Below, in pieces: positions 38,229-47,924 of a stretch of DNA of 64,000 nt. A program made the translations under genes and the position numbers. Within the stretch, counting starts at the first letter, position 1; each line of letters opens with the position of its first letter. The notes under the pieces were generated by a model. The model made no database searches. It saw nothing but the letters and a program-made list of their open reading frames with translations, and was not told the DNA's origin. The stretch spans positions 1,129 through 65,128 of IMG/VR virus record IMGVR_UViG_3300044724_008054; one strand, written 5' to 3'. The stretch is from a virus (lineage: Duplodnaviria; Caudoviricetes).

Positions 38229-38715
38229 TACTGTGGACGATGCAATTTTGGATCAGTGGAGAGAGATATATCAGAAGACAACTATAACCAAAACTGCATA
38301 TAACGATAACTGCTGGGGCATAGATAAAAAGTGTCATGCTTACAATTGGTTTCTAAAAAAAGTGATGCCAATAATTGGAAAAACTTTTAATGAAGGGGCG
38401 AAATTAATATTTTCATCCTTTATAGATTTACACACACCACTTAAAATACACACAGACCTCAAACCGTTGCCAGAAGGTGAATCCGGAGAGCACTATGTAA
38501 GCATATTGATTCCATATAGCATAGATTATCAGAAAGAAAATTTTAATAATGCATCGACATGTTTTTACAACGAGGACAAAGCATTGATTGATACAATACC
38601 ATGGCAACGTAATTCTTTGATATGGTGGGATAGCAGTCTCCTGCACGACAGTGGAGAATTTTTACAGCATAACATAAAATCAAAACAATATTTTATCACC
38701 CACACTTATGTATAA
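38197..38715 (+). CDS. 2OG-Fe(II) oxygenase-like protein
   Basis: IHTD...LLHDSG pattern; TTAAATA 5 nt upstream. Confidence 0.55.
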   Translation: MSAQKYGILPNTVDDAILDQWREIYQKTTITKTAYNDNCWGIDKKCHAYNWFLKKVMPIIGKTFNEGAKLIFSSFIDLHTPLKIHTDLKPLPEGESGEHYVSILIPYSIDYQKENFNNASTCFYNEDKALIDTIPWQRNSLIWWDSSLLHDSGEFLQHNIKSKQYFITHTYV

Positions 38716-39529
38716 CAAAGATAATTTAATACATCCGCAGTTGCCACCACTCGATTGCAAAGAATTCGATCAGTTAAGGGCAGAAATAGTGGTCCCCGAT
38801 GTCAGAGATCTGGATAGAATTGAATTCAAGAAAAGACTGGCCAAACATTTCCAAGAAAATGATTCAAACACGTTGACCGGTTTTGATGCATTTCCGCAAA
38901 ATGATATTATTTTAGGATGTCAACAGTACATAGACAATTTGATATCTAAAAAAGGTCTCGATGGACTACAAATATTCAAACATGATTATCATTACTACGA
39001 AATGTTAAATCCAAAAATAAAATACGTCACTGTCGATACATTAGAATCTAACAAACCATTACTGATTGCTATGCCATTTCCTGGGCATTTACAGACGCAT
39101 AGACAAATGGATGAAATATTAGAAGTATGTAAAGAGAAAAAAATTGATGTACATATAGATTGTGCTTGGTTGACTTCGGCATTCGATGTAAACTTCAATT
39201 TTAATCAAACTTGTATTAAAAGTTTTGCAATGAGCTTCAGCAAGTCCTACTCCTTGCATTGGAACAAGATAGGATTAAGATGGTCTAGGGAACTAGACAA
39301 CAGCGATGCAATTACTATACAAAATAATGTAGGTGGGATATCGAGATTCAATCTTTACGTCGCAGAAAAATATATGGAAAAGTTTCCAATAGATTACCTC
39401 TGTAAAAAATATAAAGATGAATATTTTAAGATTTGTAGAACGTTGAAATTACGTCCAAGCAACATAATACATGCCTGTTTTTCTATCGACCGTAAGTTTC
39501 TTTATGGTATGAAAAATTTTTTCAATTAA
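38708..39529 (+). CDS. PLP-dependent aminotransferase-fold protein (truncated class I/II-like)
   Basis: VHIDCAW and SFSKSYSL...IGLR motifs. Confidence 0.55.
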   Translation: MYNKDNLIHPQLPPLDCKEFDQLRAEIVVPDVRDLDRIEFKKRLAKHFQENDSNTLTGFDAFPQNDIILGCQQYIDNLISKKGLDGLQIFKHDYHYYEMLNPKIKYVTVDTLESNKPLLIAMPFPGHLQTHRQMDEILEVCKEKKIDVHIDCAWLTSAFDVNFNFNQTCIKSFAMSFSKSYSLHWNKIGLRWSRELDNSDAITIQNNVGGISRFNLYVAEKYMEKFPIDYLCKKYKDEYFKICRTLKLRPSNIIHACFSIDRKFLYGMKNFFN

Positions 39530-39771
39530 TCTGTTTTATAATCTATCGAATTTATATCTGTTATTATCTGCCATTGTTCTCCTCTAGGCAGAGGTCTGCG
39601 TTGCGGGTAGTCGTTCACGTCTGATATTTCCCTGTACTTGTTTGCACAAGGTGGACCACAGAATGGTCGGATGATCCTTTTGTCGTACTTTGTGTCGTGT
39701 AGACTGTCATACCAGTATATTGCGTTTAAGAATTGTTTGTTGCAGACGTAACAGGTGTGTAGTTTAGTCAT
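39526..39771 (-). CDS. small zinc-finger protein
   Basis: CYVC...CGPPC. Confidence 0.55.
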   Translation of the reverse strand: MTKLHTCYVCNKQFLNAIYWYDSLHDTKYDKRIIRPFCGPPCANKYREISDVNDYPQRRPLPRGEQWQIITDINSIDYKTD

Positions 39772-40207
39772 TGCCAGGTAGTTTGGTCATCTGTCGCATA
39801 CCACCAGTGTTGACATATCCTGCCTGCATTCTGTTCTGATCTGGTTCGTCTTCTGATACCAACAAGATGTCATTCTCGTCGATCATCCTCACTTCCAGTT
39901 CAACACCTTTTTTCTTGATCTTGAATCCTCTGCTCCAACGTCCATGTGATACCATGACCCACTCTCCGACCTTGACGTCTTCCTGTTGATCGCCTATCGC
40001 GTAGACCTTGCCCCATCTAGGATGTATTCCCGATTCTGATCCGTCGTCGTCTGTGAGTATGATTCCACCTTTGGTCTTTGTCTCACCAAAGTGCATGTCT
40101 GAAACTAGCACTCTTTTCTTGAGTGGAGTTATATCGTTGTCAACGGTGTATTGCTTACCACCGTGTGATCCAAATCCTTTTGCTTGTAAGTCTTCTATCT
40201 GTCCCAT
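39764..40207 (-). CDS. groES: co-chaperonin GroES-like
   Basis: ITPLKKRVLV, TKGGIIL mobile loop, VKVGEWV, ENDILLV; promoter TTGACG-17-TATAAT at 40216-40244. Confidence 0.8.
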   Translation of the reverse strand: MGQIEDLQAKGFGSHGGKQYTVDNDITPLKKRVLVSDMHFGETKTKGGIILTDDDGSESGIHPRWGKVYAIGDQQEDVKVGEWVMVSHGRWSRGFKIKKKGVELEVRMIDENDILLVSEDEPDQNRMQAGYVNTGGMRQMTKLPGND

Positions 40208-40227
40208 ATAGAAGTATTATAACTGAT

Positions 40228-40656
40228 TTATTCTAGTCCGTCAAGAGCCGCATCAATACCTTTTTTGGCTGTGCTCTCTGTTTTTGGTTTGAAAGTTTCC
40301 ACAGGTTTTGTTTCGACCTTTGGTGTTGGCGCCACTGCTTTCTGTGGTGCAGGCTTACTTGCTACCGGTGTCATCTTCTGAATGGTTTTCTTTGGTTCGG
40401 TTTTAGGGGCCGGTGCTGGTTTGCTTTTGACTGGTGTGTCATCAACCATGCCCTTTGGTTGTTCGTAATATTTTTTGATTACTTCCGCTTTGGGAGTTAC
40501 TATTGCTCCGCCTAGTCCTAACACGTCACCTCTGGCATTCACATTCATGTTACCAACAGCCTGTACTGATTCGTTGGCCGCTCGTAATTTTTCTATGTCC
40601 ACCATACGTCCCTGCATGGTTCTGTACATTCTTTTTCTGGGTGCTCTTGCTACCAT
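40228..40656 (-). CDS. hypothetical protein with Pro/Lys-rich tail
   Basis: 142 aa; SD AGGAG. Confidence 0.65.
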   Translation of the reverse strand: MVARAPRKRMYRTMQGRMVDIEKLRAANESVQAVGNMNVNARGDVLGLGGAIVTPKAEVIKKYYEQPKGMVDDTPVKSKPAPAPKTEPKKTIQKMTPVASKPAPQKAVAPTPKVETKPVETFKPKTESTAKKGIDAALDGLE

Positions 40657-40675
40657 AATATGCTCCTATTATACT

Positions 40676-41698
40676 TTACTTATCATCACGCTGATCGCCT
40701 GGTCCTAAAATTTCGCCTGGAAGATCACCATACACGATTAAAACACTCCTGGGTTCATCACTGTCGTTGACTGCTGTGTGCGTGTGTTCCAGTGTGTTTA
40801 TCAAATATGGTCTATCCTTGAATGGTAGCACACCTGCTTTACCGAGTTTGAAATAATTGTTTGCTAGATCTCCTGTCAAGGGCCAATACATTTTTTTACA
40901 TCCACGGATGATTGGATATTTTTCTCTTTTGTAATGATCATCTCTATGCAGGGCTATACAGCTATTTGGTGCCAATGTCTGCATTGATATATCGATTATA
41001 TTATTGTAACCGATCTGCTCTAGCAGTAGTTTCCTTAGGTGAGGGGCATTCTCCCAATCAACGTGTTTAAAGGGTAAATCAGCTTTGTTTTTACAAATAG
41101 TCTTAAGGTCCATGACCCCGTCAAACGCCTTTTTGTCGTAGATGCATATCTTGTGCAATTCCTCTATTATTGTTTCCTGTGGAGGAGGGCTGGTATCTAA
41201 AATTCTGTACGGGGTGAAGTCTGTACCTAGTTTCCACCAGTGCGGGCCATCTCCGTGTGCGAAATAACTTTTAATACTTTCTGGAAAAGTTTTATTAAAC
41301 ACACAGGGTCTGTCGACTGTGAACAAATATTTTTGTAATAGATTTTCTCCAAAATCTCCACCGTCGATCTCTGTGAAGAGTCGATCAAACAAAACTCCAA
41401 GGTTTGTGTGTATCCATACTTTCATCACACCACCTTCGTCCCACATGGCCGCCGCAGGCTGGTGCTTGTTGCCTTTGCCATCGACGTAGTGTCCTGCCCA
41501 TAGAGTTTCTACGATGCTTTCGTTATTGATTTTGATATCTTTTATCTCTGTTTTTTGTCCAGTGTAAGGTAGGTGCAGTTCATACCACCCCTCGTCTAAA
41601 TTGAAATTTTCGTCTAGTTTGAAATCTATCTTGTTTTCCGATAGGTCAAGCAAGTAATGTTCGGTGATAGGCTTTGAGCTCTCTATGGAAATCTTCAT
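40676..41698 (-). CDS. aspartyl/asparaginyl beta-hydroxylase-like cupin protein
   Basis: LAPNSCIALHRD...INTLEHTHTAVNDSDEPRSVL. Confidence 0.7.
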   Translation of the reverse strand: MKISIESSKPITEHYLLDLSENKIDFKLDENFNLDEGWYELHLPYTGQKTEIKDIKINNESIVETLWAGHYVDGKGNKHQPAAAMWDEGGVMKVWIHTNLGVLFDRLFTEIDGGDFGENLLQKYLFTVDRPCVFNKTFPESIKSYFAHGDGPHWWKLGTDFTPYRILDTSPPPQETIIEELHKICIYDKKAFDGVMDLKTICKNKADLPFKHVDWENAPHLRKLLLEQIGYNNIIDISMQTLAPNSCIALHRDDHYKREKYPIIRGCKKMYWPLTGDLANNYFKLGKAGVLPFKDRPYLINTLEHTHTAVNDSDEPRSVLIVYGDLPGEILGPGDQRDDK

Positions 41699-42222
41699 CT
41701 TAAGAATTCTTTGATGTCCAGGTTATACAGCATTGGATTGATTTTGTGTACACCTATTAAGAACAAACAAAAACTGGCCACACTGGAACCTCTTCCAACT
41801 CCCCACACTATGTTGTTTGCCCGTAGTGTGTCCACAAAGTATATTAAGAATTGTAAAACTTTTATGAACTTTTTCTTTTCAAATAAATCGTATTCCGTTT
41901 GCACTCTCATCTTTTCCTCGTCGTTTTGACACTTGTCCAGTAACCATTCCAACACATTTATTTGATAGTACTTGTCTGGCATGTGCCAATTACCAATATT
42001 TATTTTGTCAAATTCTGCCGGAGGTTTCCTTTTGGGTGCAGTGTTGATCGGTGTCAAGTCAGCACTTATTTGTTTGATGGCGTCGTTGTACTGTTCTGTG
42101 TGTTCGAAGAACAGTTTAGAAATGTCAAAGTCTGGGTTGGTGTAAAGTAGATCTATTGCTTCTTGCTCTGTGAATATGACATCGCCGTGATCATTTATCT
42201 TTGTTTTTGTTTTTGCCGCCAT
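41695..42222 (-). CDS. DNA polymerase III alpha subunit fragment
   Basis: WGVGRGSSVASFCLFLIGVHKINP matches the DnaE GRGS motif; only 175 aa. Confidence 0.7.
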   Translation of the reverse strand: MAAKTKTKINDHGDVIFTEQEAIDLLYTNPDFDISKLFFEHTEQYNDAIKQISADLTPINTAPKRKPPAEFDKINIGNWHMPDKYYQINVLEWLLDKCQNDEEKMRVQTEYDLFEKKKFIKVLQFLIYFVDTLRANNIVWGVGRGSSVASFCLFLIGVHKINPMLYNLDIKEFLR

Positions 42223-42835
42223 CTAAAACCTTTGGTTGGAACTCAAACACTTTAGCATGATACTCGTGCCTCTTGTCAACTGGAATCTGCTGATCGTTCC
42301 AACTGAAGTGTCCTGTGTATATTCCCTTGTCGAGTTCTTCATCATATGTTGCCGTGTCGGGTCTCAACCACCATGGGTCAAACGTGTTATATTTTTCCGA
42401 AAACCAGTCCGGTCTATCTAAAAGTATAAGCTCTTTGCTGTCTTTGTCAACCGTGTAGGTAATACCGTCACCCTGCCATGAGCTCAATGATATGTTATTG
42501 ATGGTGATGTTGCTCTCTAGAATGCTGTTGGCCTTGCAGAAACACACAGCCGCCATTATCTGATCATAGGGAGGCTTTGGTAATTCAATAAATCTGTTAT
42601 TTGTGTTCTTCTTCAGGACCTTGTACAATGGTTCATCTCTCCATGTGGTAATTGTGTTGGTGAACACCTGCTCAAAAAGATTTTTCAATCTCTCGAAGTA
42701 TTGTGTCTGTTCCTTTAAGTTTGCTGTGTGAGGTGTGAGTGATACAGTCAATTTGTATTCGTTTGAAAACAATTCTCCGTCTACAATAATGATCGATTTA
42801 AATTTTGTTTTCCAAGTAAAGGTGTTTGACATCAA
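42191..42835 (-). CDS. hypothetical protein
   Basis: 214 aa ORF. Confidence 0.65.
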   Translation of the reverse strand: MMSNTFTWKTKFKSIIIVDGELFSNEYKLTVSLTPHTANLKEQTQYFERLKNLFEQVFTNTITTWRDEPLYKVLKKNTNNRFIELPKPPYDQIMAAVCFCKANSILESNITINNISLSSWQGDGITYTVDKDSKELILLDRPDWFSEKYNTFDPWWLRPDTATYDEELDKGIYTGHFSWNDQQIPVDKRHEYHAKVFEFQPKVLDGGKNKNKDK

Positions 42836-42844
42836 TAATACTTA

Positions 42845-43096
42845 CTAGTCGATGTTGATCAGTTCTCCGATATCTGGCTCACCTCTTAACTTCTTATTAT
42901 TCTTGTGCCACTCCTCTACCCTTCTTTCTCGGATGGCATTTCGATATGTGTTGAGTACATGTTGCAGGTTTGCCAACATCTCAGGATTACGACCACGCCT
43001 TGCAATGGCAACCTTCCTTGTGAGATCTTTTATTCTTTTAGAGATGTCCTCATCACTCATGTTGCCTATCTCTTCTTGTAATGGATGGAAGTACAT
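42845..43096 (-). CDS. hypothetical protein
   Basis: SD AAGGAGG; 83 aa. Confidence 0.65.
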   Translation of the reverse strand: MYFHPLQEEIGNMSDEDISKRIKDLTRKVAIARRGRNPEMLANLQHVLNTYRNAIRERRVEEWHKNNKKLRGEPDIGELINID

Positions 43097-43112
43097 GATC
43101 CTCCTTTAAATG

Positions 43113-43673
43113 TTAGGTGTACTGTTTGCCTAGTTGATGCATCAGTACAGTTGTTCCACCATCTGGCGACATGAACTCGTACATCACACGTCCTAGTCCT
43201 GGTTGGATGGTGTCTGATGTACCATCACTACCATGAACGTTGTCCGCTTTGATCACTGCTGATGGGAAAATTAGGTTGGTTGCACCTACTGACACAGTTA
43301 TGTCCAATATGATTCTGCCTAACGCACCTGCTGGAAAATTCGTAAATGCGAATGTCGTGTCTGCTGTCACAGTTGCAGTGTGATAGTGACCGTTGTTGTG
43401 ATTCAAAGTGATTGCTCCACTGGCCACAGATCCATGTGCGTAAATTATCTCTGATGTGTTTTTGAATTTGGCACGTAGCACTTCGTTGTTGGCAAAGTCG
43501 CTTGATGCATTGAGGCTGGCCTTGTTTGCCTGTAGTGCCGTGATCTCTGTTGATGCTTCTGTGAAATTGTCTTTGATCGCTGAGAAGTTATCTCTCATGC
43601 CTTGTGAGCTGTTGTCCTGTCCTGCTTTAGGATATGTTCCGTCTACGTTTCCTGGTACTATGTTACTTGCCAT
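43113..43673 (-). CDS. virion fibre/baseplate-associated protein
   Basis: N-terminus SQGMRDNFSAIKDNF related to the gp9/10-like motif; TAATG coupling. Confidence 0.55.
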   Translation of the reverse strand: MASNIVPGNVDGTYPKAGQDNSSQGMRDNFSAIKDNFTEASTEITALQANKASLNASSDFANNEVLRAKFKNTSEIIYAHGSVASGAITLNHNNGHYHTATVTADTTFAFTNFPAGALGRIILDITVSVGATNLIFPSAVIKADNVHGSDGTSDTIQPGLGRVMYEFMSPDGGTTVLMHQLGKQYT

Positions 43674-46198
43674 TAAAATATTCCTTTGTCTCTAAATTTA
43701 AGATATTTATCGTTCAATCTCTCCACCTTTATAATTGTATTCAGTGCTGGTGCTTCTTTGGTAAATGTCATCGTTGTTTTCTTGTTGGCTGTGTCATGTG
43801 TCAGTGTTATCCCAAACTCGTGGTCTGCTGACCTCAAAGTGCCGTCAACTGTGAGATAACTTGGAATCACATTGTTGTCCGCAGTGACTCCTTCACCAGC
43901 ATATATCCTTTGAGTGCCCTCGAGAATCTTGATGTCTTCCTCGTGAACAATTTCGTTGAGCTGGAATGATTTAGTTGTACCATCACCTATAAATTGATTA
44001 GAAGAAATCTTGTTGTTTCCAACAGTGTATCTGTCAATGGTAAAAGCAATATTCTGGAACTTCAGTGCTTTGTCTTGTATTCTTTTCTTAACCAACCCTG
44101 CTGTACCCGGTTTGCAATAGCATAAAGGCACTGCCATAACATATCCAAGCGGTGCTTTATCTCCTGATTGCGTGGTCTTCATCCATAATGGAAGATAATC
44201 CCATTCCTTGTGTCCAAGGGTCTTCATTCTTGATCTCATATTAGCAACAGCATTTGGATAAAGTGTTTCCATAAAACCTAGGTCTGCACTCAACTGATTT
44301 GCGTACCTGACTTTGGATCCTGCTGTGCTGAACGCCAATCCACCGTCTGTGGTCACTTCATACTCGTTGGTATCCGTTGTGGCGTTCATGGTGGAAGCCC
44401 TAGGACCTAGCATGGGTTTTGAAATAGCATCTCGTAATTTTACAGATTGTGAAACAGATTCGCCTTTACTGTTCATCATGTTGTCTTTTACTTCAATGTA
44501 AACCACTTCATATTTTGTAGTTGCGCCTTCTTTTGCCGTGGCTGTTTTTAGATCTCCGAAGTAAAGAGTTTTAGGGGCATGGTTCTGTTCCATCTGTTGT
44601 TGGAAAATGGTCAAAGTCTGTGACTCTAATCCAGCCATCATCAGCATTTCTGGTTTCAATTTGATTCCGAAGTTTGGATCTTCCGATCTATACACATACG
44701 TTGTATCATTGATAGTTGGATCTTGTGCCACACTATAGAATATGTTCTGATCTATGAATGATGTTGCGTGTCCGGTCATGTTTCCGTATTCTGTCTGTGT
44801 GTTGGGTATGTCGATGTTGATTGTGAATTCTTTTTTGGTTGCAGATGTCTGGTACTGGTCACTCACTGTGACCTCAAACGTAAATGCTCTTATTGAATCT
44901 GAGAAGTCACTAGGGTCTATCTTGCCTATAAAGTTACCCTGCTGAGACAGTGTTATACCTGTTGGTAAACTTCCTGAAGTCACATTGTAACTTAATACTC
45001 TATCTGTGTCATCTGTTATTGCCTCCACATTCAATATGCTAGGTTGATCGGCAGTTATTGTTCCTACCACTGTTGGTGTTGTGAATGCTATTCCTATGTC
45101 TGTTTCACCTATTACTTTCATTGTGAAATCTTTGTCCGTGAACACTTCCACACCTGGTGATATTACCCTCTTGGCTCTGACTGTGAAATTGTAGTCCACC
45201 TCCACTGCTGACTGCCTTGCCAACATTCCATAAAGTTCACCTGATGTAATATCAATTGAAATTCCTGTAGGCAAAGATCCTGAATGTATTGAATACTCTA
45301 GATCTGCCTGCAATGGATCAAAGTCTTCAACGTCTATCTTAACAACAAACCTATTGTCATGTCTGAATGTTCCTAGATCAGAACCTGTCCTGAAAACAGG
45401 TCTCCTGTTACCACTGAAATCCATTGTCAACGCTGTTCCGTCGATCTCTGTGGCATCGATCGTTATTCCGGAGTTAGAAACTCTCCAGTAGTCCGCGGAG
45501 TAAACAAATATTGAGTTGCTCTGTTCCACGTAACTTACTCCATCTGATGCCCTTATTATGAAATCAAAATTCTTACTTACACTTTTTGAAGTTACCGTTC
45601 TGTCGTATATTCCATTGAACTTGTCATCTGGTTCTCCGCCATCGTAACCTCCACGTATTCCAAACTTCTGGTCGTCTGTGAGTGCCACAATACCTGAAAT
45701 CAGTCCTGTCTTGCTGAGGGTCACCCCAGGTGGCAGTGATCCTTGCACTATCTCATAGACTAATTGTTGTCCAGTTGCTGTGTCTGTATCCGTGGCCTGC
45801 ATTTGAAGTTGAACACTGGCGCCATCTATGACCCAATACAATCCAACACTTGTGGAATCGTCCAATTGTAGTTTTCCTGATGCTGTTGTGAATGTGGGGG
45901 AGTCTGCACCCTGCACGTCCAACTTGAATGTTCTGTCTGTGATAGCGGTACCGGCCGTGGCTCGCACGACGAAGGTGTAAAGAGTTCTTTTGGCAACCTC
46001 AGCCGGAGTACCTGTCAGTAAGCCCGTGGATGTGACCTGCATTCCTGCGGGTAGGCTTCCTGCTATCACGGAGTAAGTGACGGCCGTGGAATCGCCCATG
46101 GGAACAGGATCATTTGCTTCGAGTTGTAGCGAATATGCTACTTGCTCTTGTATAGTTGCTAATTTACCTTCCGTGGTTGTCCACACCGGTGTTGCCAT
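43673..46198 (-). CDS. baseplate wedge-like protein with putative Ig (He_PIG-like) repeats
   Basis: Repeated GSLPxG(M/V/I)x(L/V)xxxGx(L/I)xG units; SD AGGAG; ATAAATA upstream. Confidence 0.65.
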   Translation of the reverse strand: MATPVWTTTEGKLATIQEQVAYSLQLEANDPVPMGDSTAVTYSVIAGSLPAGMQVTSTGLLTGTPAEVAKRTLYTFVVRATAGTAITDRTFKLDVQGADSPTFTTASGKLQLDDSTSVGLYWVIDGASVQLQMQATDTDTATGQQLVYEIVQGSLPPGVTLSKTGLISGIVALTDDQKFGIRGGYDGGEPDDKFNGIYDRTVTSKSVSKNFDFIIRASDGVSYVEQSNSIFVYSADYWRVSNSGITIDATEIDGTALTMDFSGNRRPVFRTGSDLGTFRHDNRFVVKIDVEDFDPLQADLEYSIHSGSLPTGISIDITSGELYGMLARQSAVEVDYNFTVRAKRVISPGVEVFTDKDFTMKVIGETDIGIAFTTPTVVGTITADQPSILNVEAITDDTDRVLSYNVTSGSLPTGITLSQQGNFIGKIDPSDFSDSIRAFTFEVTVSDQYQTSATKKEFTINIDIPNTQTEYGNMTGHATSFIDQNIFYSVAQDPTINDTTYVYRSEDPNFGIKLKPEMLMMAGLESQTLTIFQQQMEQNHAPKTLYFGDLKTATAKEGATTKYEVVYIEVKDNMMNSKGESVSQSVKLRDAISKPMLGPRASTMNATTDTNEYEVTTDGGLAFSTAGSKVRYANQLSADLGFMETLYPNAVANMRSRMKTLGHKEWDYLPLWMKTTQSGDKAPLGYVMAVPLCYCKPGTAGLVKKRIQDKALKFQNIAFTIDRYTVGNNKISSNQFIGDGTTKSFQLNEIVHEEDIKILEGTQRIYAGEGVTADNNVIPSYLTVDGTLRSADHEFGITLTHDTANKKTTMTFTKEAPALNTIIKVERLNDKYLKFRDKGIF

Positions 46199-46231
46199 TA
46201 CTTTACTCCTTACACGGGTATTTATTGGCGA

Positions 46232-46390
46232 TTACCTGCTATTATTCTGTGTACGAATCCAGTGTTCTAGGTGCTGTTGTAGGCTTTCCCGTTGGATCTT
46301 GTCAGGCTCACGTTTTATGGCTTCTTCAAGACGGTTGATCTCAGATTTTGGAGATCTATACCTTTTACGGTCGTTGTGATATTTCCTCAT
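46232..46390 (-). CDS. small hypothetical protein (52 aa)
   Basis: Not in track; MRKYHNDRKRYRSPKSEINRLEEAIK...; SD AAGGA. Confidence 0.55.
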   Translation of the reverse strand: MRKYHNDRKRYRSPKSEINRLEEAIKREPDKIQRESLQQHLEHWIRTQNNSR

Positions 46391-46429
46391 TATTTTTCCT
46401 TTATGAAGGATTGTGTTTTTTATCTATTA

Positions 46430-47863
46430 TTATGCTTGATCGTAGAACGGTATAACTCTCAACGTTCCTGCAATCTTGATCTTCAAGTATCCTGTAGGTG
46501 CACCTGGTATTGCTGAAGCACTTCCCGCCGATCCTATTGTTGTCTGCGTTGGAGTGTTGAAGTTAATAGTACCTGTACCCTGGGTGCTTATTGCTAAATC
46601 ACCGTCGGAAGTGTCAGTCGATAACGTATCTGTCCTCAAGGTTACGAATTCACCTAGTGTTGCTTGGAATTCAGATGCAGTTACAACACCATTGCCTGTC
46701 GCTCCCAACACAAGGTTCTGCCCTGCCAATGGAGATATTGTAATACTTCCAGTTGTTGATGATATTGTATTCCCGTCAATTCTAATGTTGTCTACATTTA
46801 ATTGTCCTGCTGTTGTCTGCGTTCCTGTGTGCGTGACATCAGAAGTTATTACAACAACACCTGTTCCTGATGGATTGAAATCTATGTTTCCATTTGTGTC
46901 TGTTGTGAATTTTCCAGATGCATCAATGTTCAAGTCACCAACGTTGAAAGTGCCTGTTGTCAATGATCCTGATATTGTTGTGTTACCTGTTGTGGCAACG
47001 TCTGCTGTGTTCAATGTACCTGATACTCCTAGGTTTCCTGTAACATTTGTCGCCGCCGCTAATTCTATTGTTCCTGTACCTTGCGGATCCAACGTTAGGT
47101 TAGCATTCGAACCGTTTGTTGTGATGTCGTTAGTTGTCAATGACGTTGTTGTCAGTACACCATTGATTGTAGGTGCAGTAATTGTTGGACTTGTCAACAC
47201 TTTGTTTGTCAATGTCTGAGATCCTGTCAGTGTTGCCACAGTTGCGTCGATGTTCATTGTAACTGTTTGACTACTGGCAACAGATGTCAACCCTGTTCCG
47301 CCTGCGATAGTAAGTGATTGTGAATCTAAATCAACTGCTCCTGTGCCTGAGTCACCTGCTAGATCTAAATCTTGTGCTGTAACTTGTGAGTCAACATAAG
47401 TTTTGATTGCACCTTGTGTGGCCAATAGTGTTGCACTTGATCCCAGTGCTCCGTTGTCTATGCCTGTGACTGTTGCACCAGTGGCCAATGCCATCGATGT
47501 ACCAACAGTTAAAGTAGATCCAAGTGCTGTTGCACCATCTACGTTCAATGTACCTGTTGTCTGGATGTTGTCTGCTAGTGTGATCTGCGTTGAATCATTG
47601 GAACTTACTTGGCTTCCGTTTATTGTGATTGATCCTAAATTTATATTTCCTGTGCCGTTTGGTGTTATTGTGATGTTTCCATTTGTTACACCTGATGTGA
47701 TTGCGAAGTTGTTTACATTCAGGTTTGCGTCCAGGGTGTTTATGTCGTTGTCATCACCATATAATTCTACGAAGTTGTCGTTTATCTTGTCAAATGCTGT
47801 TCTTAATGGATCGCCTGTACCGTCATTTGCACTTGATCCTATATTGATTGCTTGTCTAGCCAT
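46430..47863 (-). CDS. fibre protein with T4 gp9/gp10-like N-terminal domain
   Basis: MARQAINIGSSANDGTGDPLRTAFDKINDNFVELY; G(T)GxI shaft repeats. Confidence 0.7.
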   Translation of the reverse strand: MARQAINIGSSANDGTGDPLRTAFDKINDNFVELYGDDNDINTLDANLNVNNFAITSGVTNGNITITPNGTGNINLGSITINGSQVSSNDSTQITLADNIQTTGTLNVDGATALGSTLTVGTSMALATGATVTGIDNGALGSSATLLATQGAIKTYVDSQVTAQDLDLAGDSGTGAVDLDSQSLTIAGGTGLTSVASSQTVTMNIDATVATLTGSQTLTNKVLTSPTITAPTINGVLTTTSLTTNDITTNGSNANLTLDPQGTGTIELAAATNVTGNLGVSGTLNTADVATTGNTTISGSLTTGTFNVGDLNIDASGKFTTDTNGNIDFNPSGTGVVVITSDVTHTGTQTTAGQLNVDNIRIDGNTISSTTGSITISPLAGQNLVLGATGNGVVTASEFQATLGEFVTLRTDTLSTDTSDGDLAISTQGTGTINFNTPTQTTIGSAGSASAIPGAPTGYLKIKIAGTLRVIPFYDQA

Positions 47864-47924
47864 AGTTCGTTAAATCCTTGTTATGCTATTATTTATTTTA
47901 AATTTTGTAAACCTAATGTAATTA

